From Rhizobiaceae bacterium (lineage in GTDB: Bacteria; Pseudomonadota; Alphaproteobacteria; Rhizobiales; Rhizobiaceae), in the NCBI GenBank assembly GCA_039977975.1, contig JBDWCD010000010.1:20939-84938 (forward strand): a stretch of DNA of 64,000 nucleotides, in the 5' to 3' direction. The translations under genes were made by a program, and so were the position numbers. The notes beneath the pieces are model-generated. The model saw only the letters and a program-made list of their open reading frames with translations, did no database searches and was not told where the DNA came from. Below, piece by piece: positions 19,416 to 29,761 of the stretch (position 1 is its first letter; each line of letters begins with the position of its first letter).

Positions 19416-20678
19416 TTATTCCGCAATGTCATCAATGCTTGGCCATCGACAGTGTACAAATCTTGCATCTGGAAGAACGGCTAATTTCACGGAATTGTTC
19501 ACGTTACCGCCCAGGATATAGTGTGTGTTATTATGACTCCCTAAATAGAATCCTACCATTCCTGTTCCAGCTCCAGGTGTCGCCATTTCGAAGAACCCAA
19601 TACACCCTATTCGTTTCGAAACTGCTTTCCCCCATCCGGACCAAGATGCACTTACTGCTGATCTAGATCCTACGTAACCAGCCTCTCGCATGACCCAGTT
19701 TACGAATATGCTAGCCCACGGAATTTGGTCCGCCGGAGGGATGTTGAGATTGTCGATGCTTTCAAAGTACTCAACTATGCGCGGATTATTCAACCGACCT
19801 TCAACTTCCTTTTGGCCGATCTCCGCGGCAGCGATTTCCAACCATTTCTTGGCTTCGCCCGAATTCCGGACGATCTCGGAAAGATCAAAACCTTCTTCCG
19901 GCGAAGGAGGATTCCAAGGCTCTACTGGGCCTGGCTCAATCGGAGGAATCGGATTTTCTCTTTCATAGAAAAACCAGACAGAGAATAATATTACAAAAGC
20001 TGACAACAAATATTTTATTGGGAATATGTGGATTAACCGAACGAACAACGAAGCCGGAGACGGGTCATCGGCCGCCTCGAAGGTTTTTGTATCACTTAAG
20101 TAGGGAACCCAGTACTTCTCGCAAAACCCCTCGTTCAAAAAGTATCCATGCGACGCATCATTATGCCAACGATCTCGAACTAAGGGCCGCTTAAACCCAA
20201 AACTCCCTGCCGAACCGTAACCCCAGGTTACACTCTGGGCCATCGCAGGCCATTTATCCGCGGTACCAATCTCATTAATTACGGGGCTATCAAATCTTTC
20301 TTGCGACCGTTGAAAAGGAAATGAATAAGGGACAACACTTCCACAAAAGATGATTCTGTGGAATTTTGCATCAAACTCATCATGAATGATGTTTGATATC
20401 ACGTATGTTCCGAAACTGTGCGCAATCACCGAAATCTGCGCATTAGGATATAGCTGACGTACAATCCTGATTTGTTCCCAAACCGTCTGGATTGCTTTTC
20501 GCCTAAAAAACGATACTGGCAAGAGAAATTGAATAAGATTTAGTCGACCATAGTTAGTCGCTTCAACGGCGAGGCCGGCTTTTTCCAACGGTTTACGGAC
20601 TCTACTTTGCCATATTGCATGATCTCGAATTCCATGGACCAGAAGCACTACATGGCTGGGCGCTTCTTCGGATTCCAT
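19416..20678 (-). CDS. Alpha/beta-hydrolase - TM - inactivated TIGR02594/NlpC-P60-like fusion protein
   Basis: N-terminal LLVHGIRD, IAHSFGT (GxSxG-like), CGSVV, TADKW, SHGYF; TM segment YLLSAFVILFSVWFFY; Pro-rich linker; C-terminal WLEIAAAEIG..NNPRIVEYF..PWASIFVNW..AG..SW..WG..GMVGFY..LGGNV..RWP. Visibly more AT-rich than its neighbours. Confidence 0.8.
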   Translation of the reverse strand: MESEEAPSHVVLLVHGIRDHAIWQSRVRKPLEKAGLAVEATNYGRLNLIQFLLPVSFFRRKAIQTVWEQIRIVRQLYPNAQISVIAHSFGTYVISNIIHDEFDAKFHRIIFCGSVVPYSFPFQRSQERFDSPVINEIGTADKWPAMAQSVTWGYGSAGSFGFKRPLVRDRWHNDASHGYFLNEGFCEKYWVPYLSDTKTFEAADDPSPASLFVRLIHIFPIKYLLSAFVILFSVWFFYERENPIPPIEPGPVEPWNPPSPEEGFDLSEIVRNSGEAKKWLEIAAAEIGQKEVEGRLNNPRIVEYFESIDNLNIPPADQIPWASIFVNWVMREAGYVGSRSAVSASWSGWGKAVSKRIGCIGFFEMATPGAGTGMVGFYLGSHNNTHYILGGNVNNSVKLAVLPDARFVHCRWPSIDDIAE

Positions 20679-21098
20679 CGAGCCTCCATCAATACAGAAT
20701 GAGCACTCGTACTCATTTGCCGCTTAGTAAAAATGATTGAGTCTTCAAATAGAGGACGTTTATTTTCCATGCAACCTTTGCAAAGGCTATCATTAGCAAT
20801 TCGGTAGTGATGGCACAGAGACTACACTCTATTGCATTCGATACTTCCCACCAATCAGGTAAAGCCGACTACCACAAACCCGCCGTTTGTCATAGTTTCC
20901 AAAATAGTCAAAATAGGCTCCATCCCGACGGTCGCCATCGTTCAATTCCACGCCCCCCGACCTCAATCAAGAACCCACCCGATGGTGTCTAATAGCTTTT
21001 GCTTATGGCGGAAGTGGAGAAGTAATACTGGCACTTTTGCAATTTCGTGTAATTATGGGGCGTTCGTCGACCTTGGGGTCGACTTGGGAGGAATCAGA

Positions 21099-22148
21099 AT
21101 GAAACCAATTAAATCACTCATGGCGCTCGGCACGGCGGCGCTGTTGTCAACGACAGTTGCCCATGCGGCTGAAAACCTGACAGGCGAGACTGCTTCACCG
21201 GGCGGGTCTATTCACCTGTCGATGGCTCATTTGGCGGAAGTTGCCGCCGAAGCTGGCGTTGCAAATATTCAGGTGGCCGATGGGCAGACCCTGACCAATT
21301 CCGTGCAGAATGTTGCCGAAGGCAAAACCGATGTTGCCGGGACGCCCTATATTCTACCGTTCCTGTTGTCGAAGGGCCGGGGGCCGTATTCGAAATTGGG
21401 TGCTGAGAAAGGCGCGGAGCTGGCCTCCAACCTGCGCGCGCTCTATCCGGTGACGCTGGGCATTTTCGCCCTCTATGCCTATGATTCCAAAGGCCTTGGT
21501 GGCTGGGGCGATCTGGAAGGCAAGTCAATCTATAACGGCCCGCCGCGCGGCGCCGCCGTTGCCAATGCGCGTGCCGTGATCCAGCTGACGGCCGGTCTGA
21601 AGGAAGGCAAGGGCTACAAGGGCGTTCAGGTGAACTGGGGTCAGGCCGTGAAAACCATCTCCGATGGTTCTGCCGACGCCGTGGTGCTGCCGATCCTGTT
21701 TCCGGACAGCCGTATTACCCAGGCACTCGCTTCAGGCAACATGACTGTCTGGTCGATCCCCAAGGACAAATGGGATTCAGAGGGCTTTCAGAAATACCTG
21801 CGGGCGCCTGGCTCAGCACCGTTTGAAATTTCCGCGGCTGATGCAAATCTCGGTTCGGGTGTAACTCTGAAAACCGAAGACGGCGTGTTCCGCGGCCTTG
21901 CCACCATCGGTGGAGACATCGTCAACAAGAACATGTCCTTTGACCTGGCCAAAGCATTGACCAAGGTACACATCGAGACGCTGGATCGTTTGAAGGCCAA
22001 GGCACCTTTTGCCAAACAGGCCGGATACGGTGTGGTTGACGTTGTCAAATCCGGCATGTGTGGACCCAACCCGCTCAAATACCATGCCGGCGCTGTCGCC
22101 GCCTGGGAGGAAGCCGGTTACAAGATTGAGGATTGCGCCAAGCCTTAA
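21099..22148 (+). CDS. TAXI-family TRAP transporter solute-binding protein
   Basis: GGGAGG RBS, signal peptide, TASPGGS, NLRALYP, YNGPPRGAA, YHAGAVAAWEEAG. Confidence 0.88.
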   Translation: MKPIKSLMALGTAALLSTTVAHAAENLTGETASPGGSIHLSMAHLAEVAAEAGVANIQVADGQTLTNSVQNVAEGKTDVAGTPYILPFLLSKGRGPYSKLGAEKGAELASNLRALYPVTLGIFALYAYDSKGLGGWGDLEGKSIYNGPPRGAAVANARAVIQLTAGLKEGKGYKGVQVNWGQAVKTISDGSADAVVLPILFPDSRITQALASGNMTVWSIPKDKWDSEGFQKYLRAPGSAPFEISAADANLGSGVTLKTEDGVFRGLATIGGDIVNKNMSFDLAKALTKVHIETLDRLKAKAPFAKQAGYGVVDVVKSGMCGPNPLKYHAGAVAAWEEAGYKIEDCAKP

Positions 22149-22237
22149 GGCCGCGCATCATTCACCGATATTGGTCGTTCGCCCTGCTTGGGGCGTCCGA
22201 CCAGCATCGGGCGCACGCTTAAAAATCGGAACCGTCA

Positions 22238-24580
22238 ATGTCGAATGAAGCACCGGCTCAACGAGATCGAGCGGATCTGGGCGAAAAGCTAGTCTATTGG
22301 CTGGCCTTGGCGTTGGTCATCGTTGGACTGTTGAACGCCATGCCGGGAATTCCCGGCATTGACGATGGTTTTGCCGGGTTTCTTGGTTTCGACAATTTCA
22401 CCATCCGGAAATACCCCTACGAATATTTCTACCCCATCGCTTTCGCGGTGATGATGATCATCGTTGCCCTGAAACATTCCCTGTGGCGGGAATTGCGGGG
22501 CGAAACTCCTCTCAAACGGAAATTTGGCCTGGGGCTGGATGTGGCGCTGATCATTGCCGCAGTTTCCATTTCGCTCACCTATATGGTGGAGATCGAGGCG
22601 GTCTGCCTGGTTGATCAGATCACGGGGGAACGCGCCGAGCTGATTGCCAAGAGCCTGGCGGAAGAGCGGGAGTTTGCCGAGCTATACGGGCTGCCGATTC
22701 CCGATTCCGTCGAGGATCCCCAATGTATCAACACCACCCAGGGATGGCTGGTGGCGATTATCGGTCTCTCCGTTGTGGTGTTTCTGGCCTACAATGTGAA
22801 GGTGTGGGGCCTGCCGCTGGTTCTCGTCGCCATTGCCATTGCTGCCTATACCATTATCACCGTGCTGGTCTGGTATTTCCACGGTCCTGACGACATCAAT
22901 AAATATTTGATGACCAAGCTGGGGGGCGAGCCACGCCTGCTCACTGACGGGCGGCCACGGCTGCACGATGCGCTGGTCAACAATTCTTCCGGTCTGCTGG
23001 GCCGGTTCATGGACATCATTCTCAACACCGTCTTTCCCTATATCGTGCTTGGCGGCTTGTTCGGCGCCTCTGCCGGCGGACGCTCGCTGATAAAGCTCGC
23101 CTTCCTGTGGACCCGCAACATGCGCGGTGGCCCGGCCCATGCGGCAATCGTTTCGTCCGCCATGTTCGGTACGATTTCCGGGGGGCCGGTTGTCAATGTC
23201 CTGTCGACCGGGGTTTTGACGATCCCGATGATGATCAAGCGCGGTTTTTCGAAAGTCTTTGCCGGCGGCATGGAGGCCGCAGCCTCGTCCGGCGGCTCGA
23301 TCATGCCGCCGGTCATGGGTGTTGCCGCCTTTATTCTGGCCGCACTGACCGCTGTACCCTATCGCGAGGTAATCATCGCTGCGGCTATTCCGGCGGTTGC
23401 CTATTTCTTCTGCCTGTTCCTGTCGGCCGTTTTTCAGTCGCGCAAACAGGGCATCGAAGCACTGGGCAAGGTCACCGAAGACATGATCCTGACCCGCACG
23501 GATAAGCTCAATCTGGTGATGATCTTCGCGCCAATCCTGCTGATCCTGTTCTTGTTGCTGACACCGAAAGAGGCCATTGGCTGCGGGATCTTCGGCTCTA
23601 TTTTTGGAATTCAGACTGTCGTTGAAAACGATACCTGTCGGGCGGTTGATTTGCCGTGGTTCTTTGAAGTGCTGCAGAATTCTGCGGGCGATGCGGGCAG
23701 TGCCGGTTGGTGGGCGGTCTTCCTGCTGTGTTTTCTGCTGTTCCTGGACGCCGGCATGCGCCAGCAGCCGAAACGTCTGCTGGACGCCCTGTCGGGTTCG
23801 GGCGTTCTGGTTTCGACCCTCTACTTGATGTTCTTAGCCGTTTCGATCATCGATTTCTGCCTGAACTTTACGGGCCTGTCGGACTTCATTGCCCTGGATA
23901 TTCTGGGCTGGTTGCGGGCGCTGGATCTCGGCGGCAGTGGGTCAGGCCTGTTCCAGTTCATTGCCCTGTTGACCACAATGGGCCTGGCGGTTCTGCTTGG
24001 CATGGGCATGCCCGCGGTACCCGCCTACATCAATGTGGCGCTGTTGATGGGGCCCGTTCTGGCAGGTCTCGGCCTGTCGATCTTCACCGCCCATATGTTC
24101 ATTTTCTATTTCGCCGTGGCGTCGGCCATCACTCCGCCTGTGGCGATTGCCGCATTCACTGCAGCAACAATCACCAAGGCCGAACCGATGGCGACAGGAT
24201 TTTCGGCGGTGCGCTCCGGCATCGTGATGTTTGTCATTCCCTTCGTGTTCGCGCTGAATCCGGAAATATTGCTGATTGAAGCCGCGGTGCTGGACCCCAA
24301 TTCCTTGCCTTCGGCGGCGCAATATTTGCCGGGCTATGACGGACAGTTGCATCTGGGGCCGCTGATCTGGCTGCTGGCGCGTCTGATGATCGCTCTGTTC
24401 CTGTTGGCCAGCGCCCTGGCGCGCTTTGACCGGGCCCCTCTGACATTTGGGGAATCAATTGCAAGACTGGCCCTGGCTGCCGGTCTGATGTTCTCAAATC
24501 CCTATATTCACGGACCTGTCCTGGCCTTGTCGATCGCGCTGATTGCCCTGCATTTCAGCCGTAACCGGGCCCCAGCATAG
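22238..24580 (+). CDS. TAXI-TRAP fused 4TM/12TM permease
   Basis: RGGPAHAAIVSSAMFGTISG, EAAASSGGSIMPPVMG, LGMGMPAVPAY, AHMFIFYFAVASAITPPVA. Confidence 0.92.
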   Translation: MSNEAPAQRDRADLGEKLVYWLALALVIVGLLNAMPGIPGIDDGFAGFLGFDNFTIRKYPYEYFYPIAFAVMMIIVALKHSLWRELRGETPLKRKFGLGLDVALIIAAVSISLTYMVEIEAVCLVDQITGERAELIAKSLAEEREFAELYGLPIPDSVEDPQCINTTQGWLVAIIGLSVVVFLAYNVKVWGLPLVLVAIAIAAYTIITVLVWYFHGPDDINKYLMTKLGGEPRLLTDGRPRLHDALVNNSSGLLGRFMDIILNTVFPYIVLGGLFGASAGGRSLIKLAFLWTRNMRGGPAHAAIVSSAMFGTISGGPVVNVLSTGVLTIPMMIKRGFSKVFAGGMEAAASSGGSIMPPVMGVAAFILAALTAVPYREVIIAAAIPAVAYFFCLFLSAVFQSRKQGIEALGKVTEDMILTRTDKLNLVMIFAPILLILFLLLTPKEAIGCGIFGSIFGIQTVVENDTCRAVDLPWFFEVLQNSAGDAGSAGWWAVFLLCFLLFLDAGMRQQPKRLLDALSGSGVLVSTLYLMFLAVSIIDFCLNFTGLSDFIALDILGWLRALDLGGSGSGLFQFIALLTTMGLAVLLGMGMPAVPAYINVALLMGPVLAGLGLSIFTAHMFIFYFAVASAITPPVAIAAFTAATITKAEPMATGFSAVRSGIVMFVIPFVFALNPEILLIEAAVLDPNSLPSAAQYLPGYDGQLHLGPLIWLLARLMIALFLLASALARFDRAPLTFGESIARLALAAGLMFSNPYIHGPVLALSIALIALHFSRNRAPA

Positions 24581-24601
24581 TCCCTTTCAGGTTTGGTTGG
24601 T

Positions 24602-25510
24602 CTACGGCGCCTCGCCACGCAAGGTTGAGCAGCGGCGGCGGATGCAATTGGTCAGGTGAGACGCTGCAGGTGTCAGAGGTGTTGCTGCCCGGGTAATCAG
24701 GGATATCTGCATTGGCTTGAGATCCTCGACGATCTCAATCTGCTTGATTTTCCATCCCCCCAGATTGGACTTCAGAAGGCGATCGGGGAAATTGCACACC
24801 GCATGCATGCTCTCCAACATTGAGAGCGCCCCATAATAGCTTTCAGAAATCGTGTTGACCTTTGGTGCTGGCAGCCCATGGCGACGAAAGGCTCGTTTGA
24901 ATTCTTCGCCCGGACCTTCTCTGGGGCCAATCAGCACCCAATTGGCATCGATCAGGTCTTCCAGCCTATTGACCTTCAGCCAGGGAGAATTTTCTCCGGT
25001 TACCAGCACAGTGCCGGTTTCAAACAATGGCTCAACCAACAAACCGGCAGTTTGATCTTCCGGCGGGGTCGGTCCTACCAGAATATCGGTCAATCCATCG
25101 CGCACCGGACCCAGCGCGCTGGGATACAGACCATTGGAGATATGCACCTCGACACGGGGAAATTCGCGGCGGAACAGCGACAGGGCAGGGGGGAGAATTT
25201 CCACCGCAGCTATTGGTGAAACGCAGACAGAGATCGTGCCGGTTTCTCCGTCGTGCAGTTGCAGGACTTCATCGATGAGCCGTTGATGTTCGGTTGTGAT
25301 CATGCGAGCCCGGGTCAGAACCTTGCGGCCCAATTCCGTTGGCTCCACGCCGCTGGCTGCGCGGTGAAAGACGGCAAATCCCAAGTCAGATTCCGCCTGT
25401 CGCAATGTTTTGGTTACCGCTGGTTGGGATTTGTTGAGTGCCTCTGCCGCTCGCCGAATGCTGCCGGCTTCGGCAATGGCTACCAGGACGGGGGCATATT
25501 GCAGTCTCAT
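24602..25510 (-). CDS. LysR-family transcriptional regulator
   Basis: N-terminal HTH GSIRRAAEALNKSQPAVTKTLRQAESDLG..VFHR..G..PT..G; 302 aa; divergent from dctP. Confidence 0.95.
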   Translation of the reverse strand: MRLQYAPVLVAIAEAGSIRRAAEALNKSQPAVTKTLRQAESDLGFAVFHRAASGVEPTELGRKVLTRARMITTEHQRLIDEVLQLHDGETGTISVCVSPIAAVEILPPALSLFRREFPRVEVHISNGLYPSALGPVRDGLTDILVGPTPPEDQTAGLLVEPLFETGTVLVTGENSPWLKVNRLEDLIDANWVLIGPREGPGEEFKRAFRRHGLPAPKVNTISESYYGALSMLESMHAVCNFPDRLLKSNLGGWKIKQIEIVEDLKPMQISLITRAATPLTPAASHLTNCIRRRCSTLRGEAP

Positions 25511-25698
25511 GACTTGGTGGCACTTTCCATAATGTTATCAACCCGGCCTGTTTGGTGTATTTAGTAATACCCATCAAAAGTCCGTGGCTGCAAGTTTGTC
25601 GGTATGTCATTGCCAGCCTTGCTGACTTTACAACAAGTTGGGCTGGACAATGGACGGCGTTGGGTGAAAACTGAATGCAGTTTAGGGAGGACGCACAT

Positions 25699-26688
25699 AT
25701 GAAATTTTTGAAACTTGCAATTGCAGCTGGCATTGCGCTGAGCGCGCTGACTGTGGCTCAGGCATCGGCAAAGGAACTGTCGTTGGCCTATTTCATGGGA
25801 CCCAAACATCCGATGAATAAGGGGGTGTTCACGCCGTTTGCCGAAAAACTGAAGGAAGTTTCCGGCGGAGCGCTGACCGTCAAGCAATATGCCGGTGGCG
25901 CACTCAACAAGGTGCCGCCGAAGCAATATTCGATTCTTCTGGATAATGTCGCTGACATCGTCTTCACATTGCCCGGCTATACAGCAGATGTCTTTCCCAA
26001 GACCAATGTGGTGGGACTGCCCGGCGTCTGCGATACGGCAACCGAATGCACCGAGGGCATGATCCGCGCACGTGCGGTATTGGAAAAAGAATACAACGCC
26101 AAAGTGTTGGCGCTTTGGTCGAACGCCCCGCCCGTATTGATCACCAAGGATAAGCCGGTGACCAAACTGGCCGATATTCAGGGCATGAAGATCCGGGTAA
26201 CGTCAAAAAGCGACGTGCCCTTTGTGGAAGCGCTGGGGGCGTCAGCCGTTGCGCAACCGGTGACCCAGATCAACCAGAACCTGACCAATGGTGTCATCGA
26301 CGCCATCATGATCGATTCCTCCGCCGTGCGTTCGTTCAAGCTGCATGAGCCAGCCAATTATGTGACCACCTGGTTCCCGGGTTCCGGCTCGTCATTTGCG
26401 CTGCTGATGAACCTGGACGTCTATAACGGTCTGACCGAACAGGAACAGGCCTGGGTGGACGAAGCTTCCGGCACCGAACTCGCTATGGGCGGTGGGCGCA
26501 TGTATGACAAAGTGTCCGTAGGCGGTCTGAAACTGGCGGCTGATAAAGGCAACAAGCTGCTCGAGTGGGATGCTGGAGAAAGAGAAAAAGTCCAGGCACT
26601 GATTGATGCAGCCATGGCAGATCTGGTGACCAAAAAGGTTGGTGACAGCACAATTGGCGATGTCATCAAGCTGATGAAAGGCCAGTAA
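25699..26688 (+). CDS. dctP: TRAP transporter substrate-binding protein (DctP family)
   Basis: GGGAGG RBS, signal peptide, DIQGMKIRV, LGASAV, LTNGVIDA, LLMNLDVYNGL. Confidence 0.9.
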   Translation: MKFLKLAIAAGIALSALTVAQASAKELSLAYFMGPKHPMNKGVFTPFAEKLKEVSGGALTVKQYAGGALNKVPPKQYSILLDNVADIVFTLPGYTADVFPKTNVVGLPGVCDTATECTEGMIRARAVLEKEYNAKVLALWSNAPPVLITKDKPVTKLADIQGMKIRVTSKSDVPFVEALGASAVAQPVTQINQNLTNGVIDAIMIDSSAVRSFKLHEPANYVTTWFPGSGSSFALLMNLDVYNGLTEQEQAWVDEASGTELAMGGGRMYDKVSVGGLKLAADKGNKLLEWDAGEREKVQALIDAAMADLVTKKVGDSTIGDVIKLMKGQ

Positions 26689-26709
26689 GCACAGACGCGG
26701 AGCCGTCAA

Positions 26710-27234
26710 ATGGACGGACTGCTGGACTGGATGGATAGACAGCTCGGTCGCTTGACCGGGCTGTTTGCTCTTGTCGGCTCGCTCGGGGTGTTGTCGCTGA
26801 TGCTGATCATCCTGGTGGCGGTGATCTGGCGCTATGGCATCAACAATCCGATTTTCGGCATTGGTGACCTGTCGGTGCTGGTGCTGTCAGTGGTTGCTGC
26901 GTCATCGGTTATCTTCGGCGCCCGCAACAATGCCCATATCAGCATTGATATCATCACCCGGTTTTTTGGTCCCAAAGTGGTGCGGGTAACTGATGCCATC
27001 ATGCGATTGCTGACGATCTTCATTTTGGGTCTCGCCAGCTATGCTCTGGTGACCAAGGCCTGCGGTTTTGAAAAGGGCTGCATCACTGAAAATCTCAGCA
27101 TTGTGCATCGGCCATTCTATTACATTCTTGCGGTGACCATGGGTCTGTTCACCCTGCAGATCGTTCTGGAATTGTTGCGCGGCCTGCGCCAGCCCATCGA
27201 CTCGTCAATCAGCGATGAGGAGGAAGCCGACTGA
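26710..27234 (+). CDS. dctQ: TRAP small permease
   Basis: Four TM segments; VIWRY..NNPI and HISIDII; lies between dctP and dctM. Confidence 0.88.
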   Translation: MDGLLDWMDRQLGRLTGLFALVGSLGVLSLMLIILVAVIWRYGINNPIFGIGDLSVLVLSVVAASSVIFGARNNAHISIDIITRFFGPKVVRVTDAIMRLLTIFILGLASYALVTKACGFEKGCITENLSIVHRPFYYILAVTMGLFTLQIVLELLRGLRQPIDSSISDEEEAD

Positions 27235-28538
27235 TGGACGGGTCGACAATCGCCTTTTTGGGCTTTGCCGCCCTGTTCGTCTTGTTGTTTATCCGCATGC
27301 CGGTGGGACTGGCGATGATGCTGATCGGCACGGTTGGCATCTATTTCATCCGTCCGCCGGCGGCGATCCCCAAACTGGCTGGCGAGATTTTCAGTGAATC
27401 GGCAAATTACCCGCTGACCATCATTCCGCTCTTCGTTCTGATGGGCAATCTGGCCGGCGTATCCGGCATGAGCCGCGATCTCTACGACGCTGCCCATTCC
27501 TGGTTTGGCCATCGGCGGGGCGGGCTGGCCTCGGCGACTGTCGTTGGATGTGCTGGATTTTCGGCCCTGTCCGGCTCGTCGCTCGCAGCGGCGCTGACCA
27601 TGGGGCGCGTTGCGTTGCCGGAAATGAAACGCTATAATTATGACAGCGGACTGGCCACCGGCGCTATTGCCGCCGGAGGCACATTGGGCATTTTGATCCC
27701 ACCCTCTGCGGGTTTTGTCATCTATGCCATTTTGACAGAAGAAAGCATTGGTCGCCTGTTCCTGGCCGGTGTTTTGCCCGGCATTTTGCTGACAGTTCTG
27801 TTCGTCATTGCCATCACCATTGTTGTCTGGCGCGACCCCGACAAGGCACCGCAGGCTCTGTCCGCTGTTCCGATGAGCGAAAGACTGCGGGCGCTGGGCA
27901 AGGCGGGCTGGATCCTTGGCATCATCGTTTTGACAATCGGCGGCATTTATACAGGCGTCTTTTCCGCTGTCGAGGCGGCTGGCATCGGTGCTGCACTGGC
28001 TTTTGTGGTGACGTTCATCCGAGGTGCTATTACCTGGCCGAATATGGTGGATGTTTTTACCACCACGCTGCGGGCTTCCGGCACGCTGTTTCTGATCCTG
28101 TTCGGCGCCTTTGTTTTCAAATCCTTCGTCGGCTTCACCGGTGTCACCTTTGCCTTGGCCGAATGGGTTGAAAACCAGGGATTTACCGGCACTCAGATCG
28201 TGGTTGCTTTCCTGATCATGTTCATCGTGATGGGTACGTTCATGGAAGGTTTTGCCATTCTGGTGCTGACGGTTCCGCTGCTGCAGCCGATTCTCGAACC
28301 TCTCGGAATTAACATGGTGTGGTTCGGCGTGCTGATGGTGATCGTGCTTGAAATGGGCCTCATTTCGCCACCGGTCGGGGTCAATGTCTTCGTGGTGAAA
28401 GGCATTGCGCCGGATGTGCCCCTGTCGACCATTTTCCGCGGTATCTGGCCGTTCTGGTTTGCCATGCTGGCTTGCGTGATCCTGCTGGTGCTGTTCCCAC
28501 AGATCGCCCTGTTGCTGCCGAACACGATGTTTAATTAG
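27234..28538 (+). CDS. dctM: TRAP large permease
   Basis: IPLFVLMG, GGLA, SGSSLA, AAGGTLGILIPPS, GLISPPVGVNVFV; TGATG coupling with dctQ. Confidence 0.93.
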   Translation: MDGSTIAFLGFAALFVLLFIRMPVGLAMMLIGTVGIYFIRPPAAIPKLAGEIFSESANYPLTIIPLFVLMGNLAGVSGMSRDLYDAAHSWFGHRRGGLASATVVGCAGFSALSGSSLAAALTMGRVALPEMKRYNYDSGLATGAIAAGGTLGILIPPSAGFVIYAILTEESIGRLFLAGVLPGILLTVLFVIAITIVVWRDPDKAPQALSAVPMSERLRALGKAGWILGIIVLTIGGIYTGVFSAVEAAGIGAALAFVVTFIRGAITWPNMVDVFTTTLRASGTLFLILFGAFVFKSFVGFTGVTFALAEWVENQGFTGTQIVVAFLIMFIVMGTFMEGFAILVLTVPLLQPILEPLGINMVWFGVLMVIVLEMGLISPPVGVNVFVVKGIAPDVPLSTIFRGIWPFWFAMLACVILLVLFPQIALLLPNTMFN

Positions 28539-28544
28539 CCAGGG

Positions 28545-29678
28545 TCAGAGGTCCTGCTTGAATTCCACCACCAGGGATCGGACCACCTGTCTTAGCGCTT
28601 CCTGTTCATCGGCCCCGGACTTCAAGGCATGCTGGTAGACATCGACCTGTCGGTCGGCGCTGGTGCCGCTTTGCAATATGCTGACTGAACCGGTGACCTC
28701 GTCCACACAGTTAAGCGCCTTGGCATGGGGCAGGAGCAACTCAACCAATTCGTGCAGCAATTCGCCAAAGGAAACCACTTCGCCGCGTCCGAAATCGATC
28801 AGGCCTTCCGACATGCCATAGCGCTGGGCGCGCCAGCGGTTTTCTTCCACCAGAAAGCGGTCATATTCGCGCCAGCGCTGATTGCTGCGGCGCAGGCAGA
28901 ACAACATGCGGAACAGACATTGAGTAAGGGCAGCGATGGCAATTGTGTCATTCAACCGGGGCGAGACATCGCAGATGCGTGATTCCAGGGTTGGAAAGCG
29001 TGCCGATGGCCTCAGATCCCACCAGATCTTGGTGGCGTCCTGAATGGTGCCGGAATTGATGATCGTCTGGACCGATCTTTCATATTCGCCAAAGCTGGAA
29101 AAATGTGGCGGAATGCCGGTGCGGGGCAGGTTGTCGAAGACGGTGAGCCGGTATGAACGCAGGCCGGTTTCGCGCCCTTCCCAAAACGGAGAGGAGGTCG
29201 ACAGCGCCAGTAGATGGGGCAGGAAATAGGCGAACTGGTTCAGCAGGTCGGCCCGCAAATCATCGTCGTCCAGGCCGACATGGACATGCATGCCGCAGAT
29301 CAACATCCGGCGAGCAACGCCGGCAAGATCTTTTTCCAGCGCCCGATAGCGCTCCTTGTCGGTAAAACTCTGTTCCTGCCAGCGGGCAAAGGGGTGGGTT
29401 GATACAGCCAGCGGCGCCAGGCCAAATTTGTTGGAAACTTCCGAGATGGTGCGACGCAGATGGGCCAGGTCCTTTTTGGCCTCTCCAACGGTCTGGCAAA
29501 CGCCGGTGCCGACTTCAATCTGGCACTGCAGAAATTCCGGGCTGACCTTGTTTTCAAGCCGCTCGACGCATTCATTCATCAGCGCATCGGGGGCGGCGGC
29601 CAGATCCAGTGTTTCCAGATCAACCAGCAGATATTCTTCTTCAATTCCCAGGGAAAAGCTTGGTTCCTTAATCGCCAT
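28545..29678 (-). CDS. ybdK: Carboxylate-amine ligase / glutamate-cysteine ligase GCS2 (YbdK-like)
   Basis: [56 protein letters not shown]. Confidence 0.88.
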   Translation of the reverse strand: MAIKEPSFSLGIEEEYLLVDLETLDLAAAPDALMNECVERLENKVSPEFLQCQIEVGTGVCQTVGEAKKDLAHLRRTISEVSNKFGLAPLAVSTHPFARWQEQSFTDKERYRALEKDLAGVARRMLICGMHVHVGLDDDDLRADLLNQFAYFLPHLLALSTSSPFWEGRETGLRSYRLTVFDNLPRTGIPPHFSSFGEYERSVQTIINSGTIQDATKIWWDLRPSARFPTLESRICDVSPRLNDTIAIAALTQCLFRMLFCLRRSNQRWREYDRFLVEENRWRAQRYGMSEGLIDFGRGEVVSFGELLHELVELLLPHAKALNCVDEVTGSVSILQSGTSADRQVDVYQHALKSGADEQEALRQVVRSLVVEFKQDL

Positions 29679-29761
29679 AACGCAAGCCTGCCAAACTCAC
29701 AGGGTTGAATGCAACAAAATAGTGAATAGGCGCGGCCAATTCGACGTGGACGGCATGAGCC

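Noticed and set aside
19416-19850. Prophage endolysin or pseudogene
   Set aside because: No phage genes nearby; the domain is in frame with a TM segment and a hydrolase, and only the catalytic positions are conspicuously changed.
22149-22237. Imperfect stem-loop after the TAXI binding-protein gene
   Set aside because: An ordinary intercistronic hairpin of the kind found after solute-binding protein genes.
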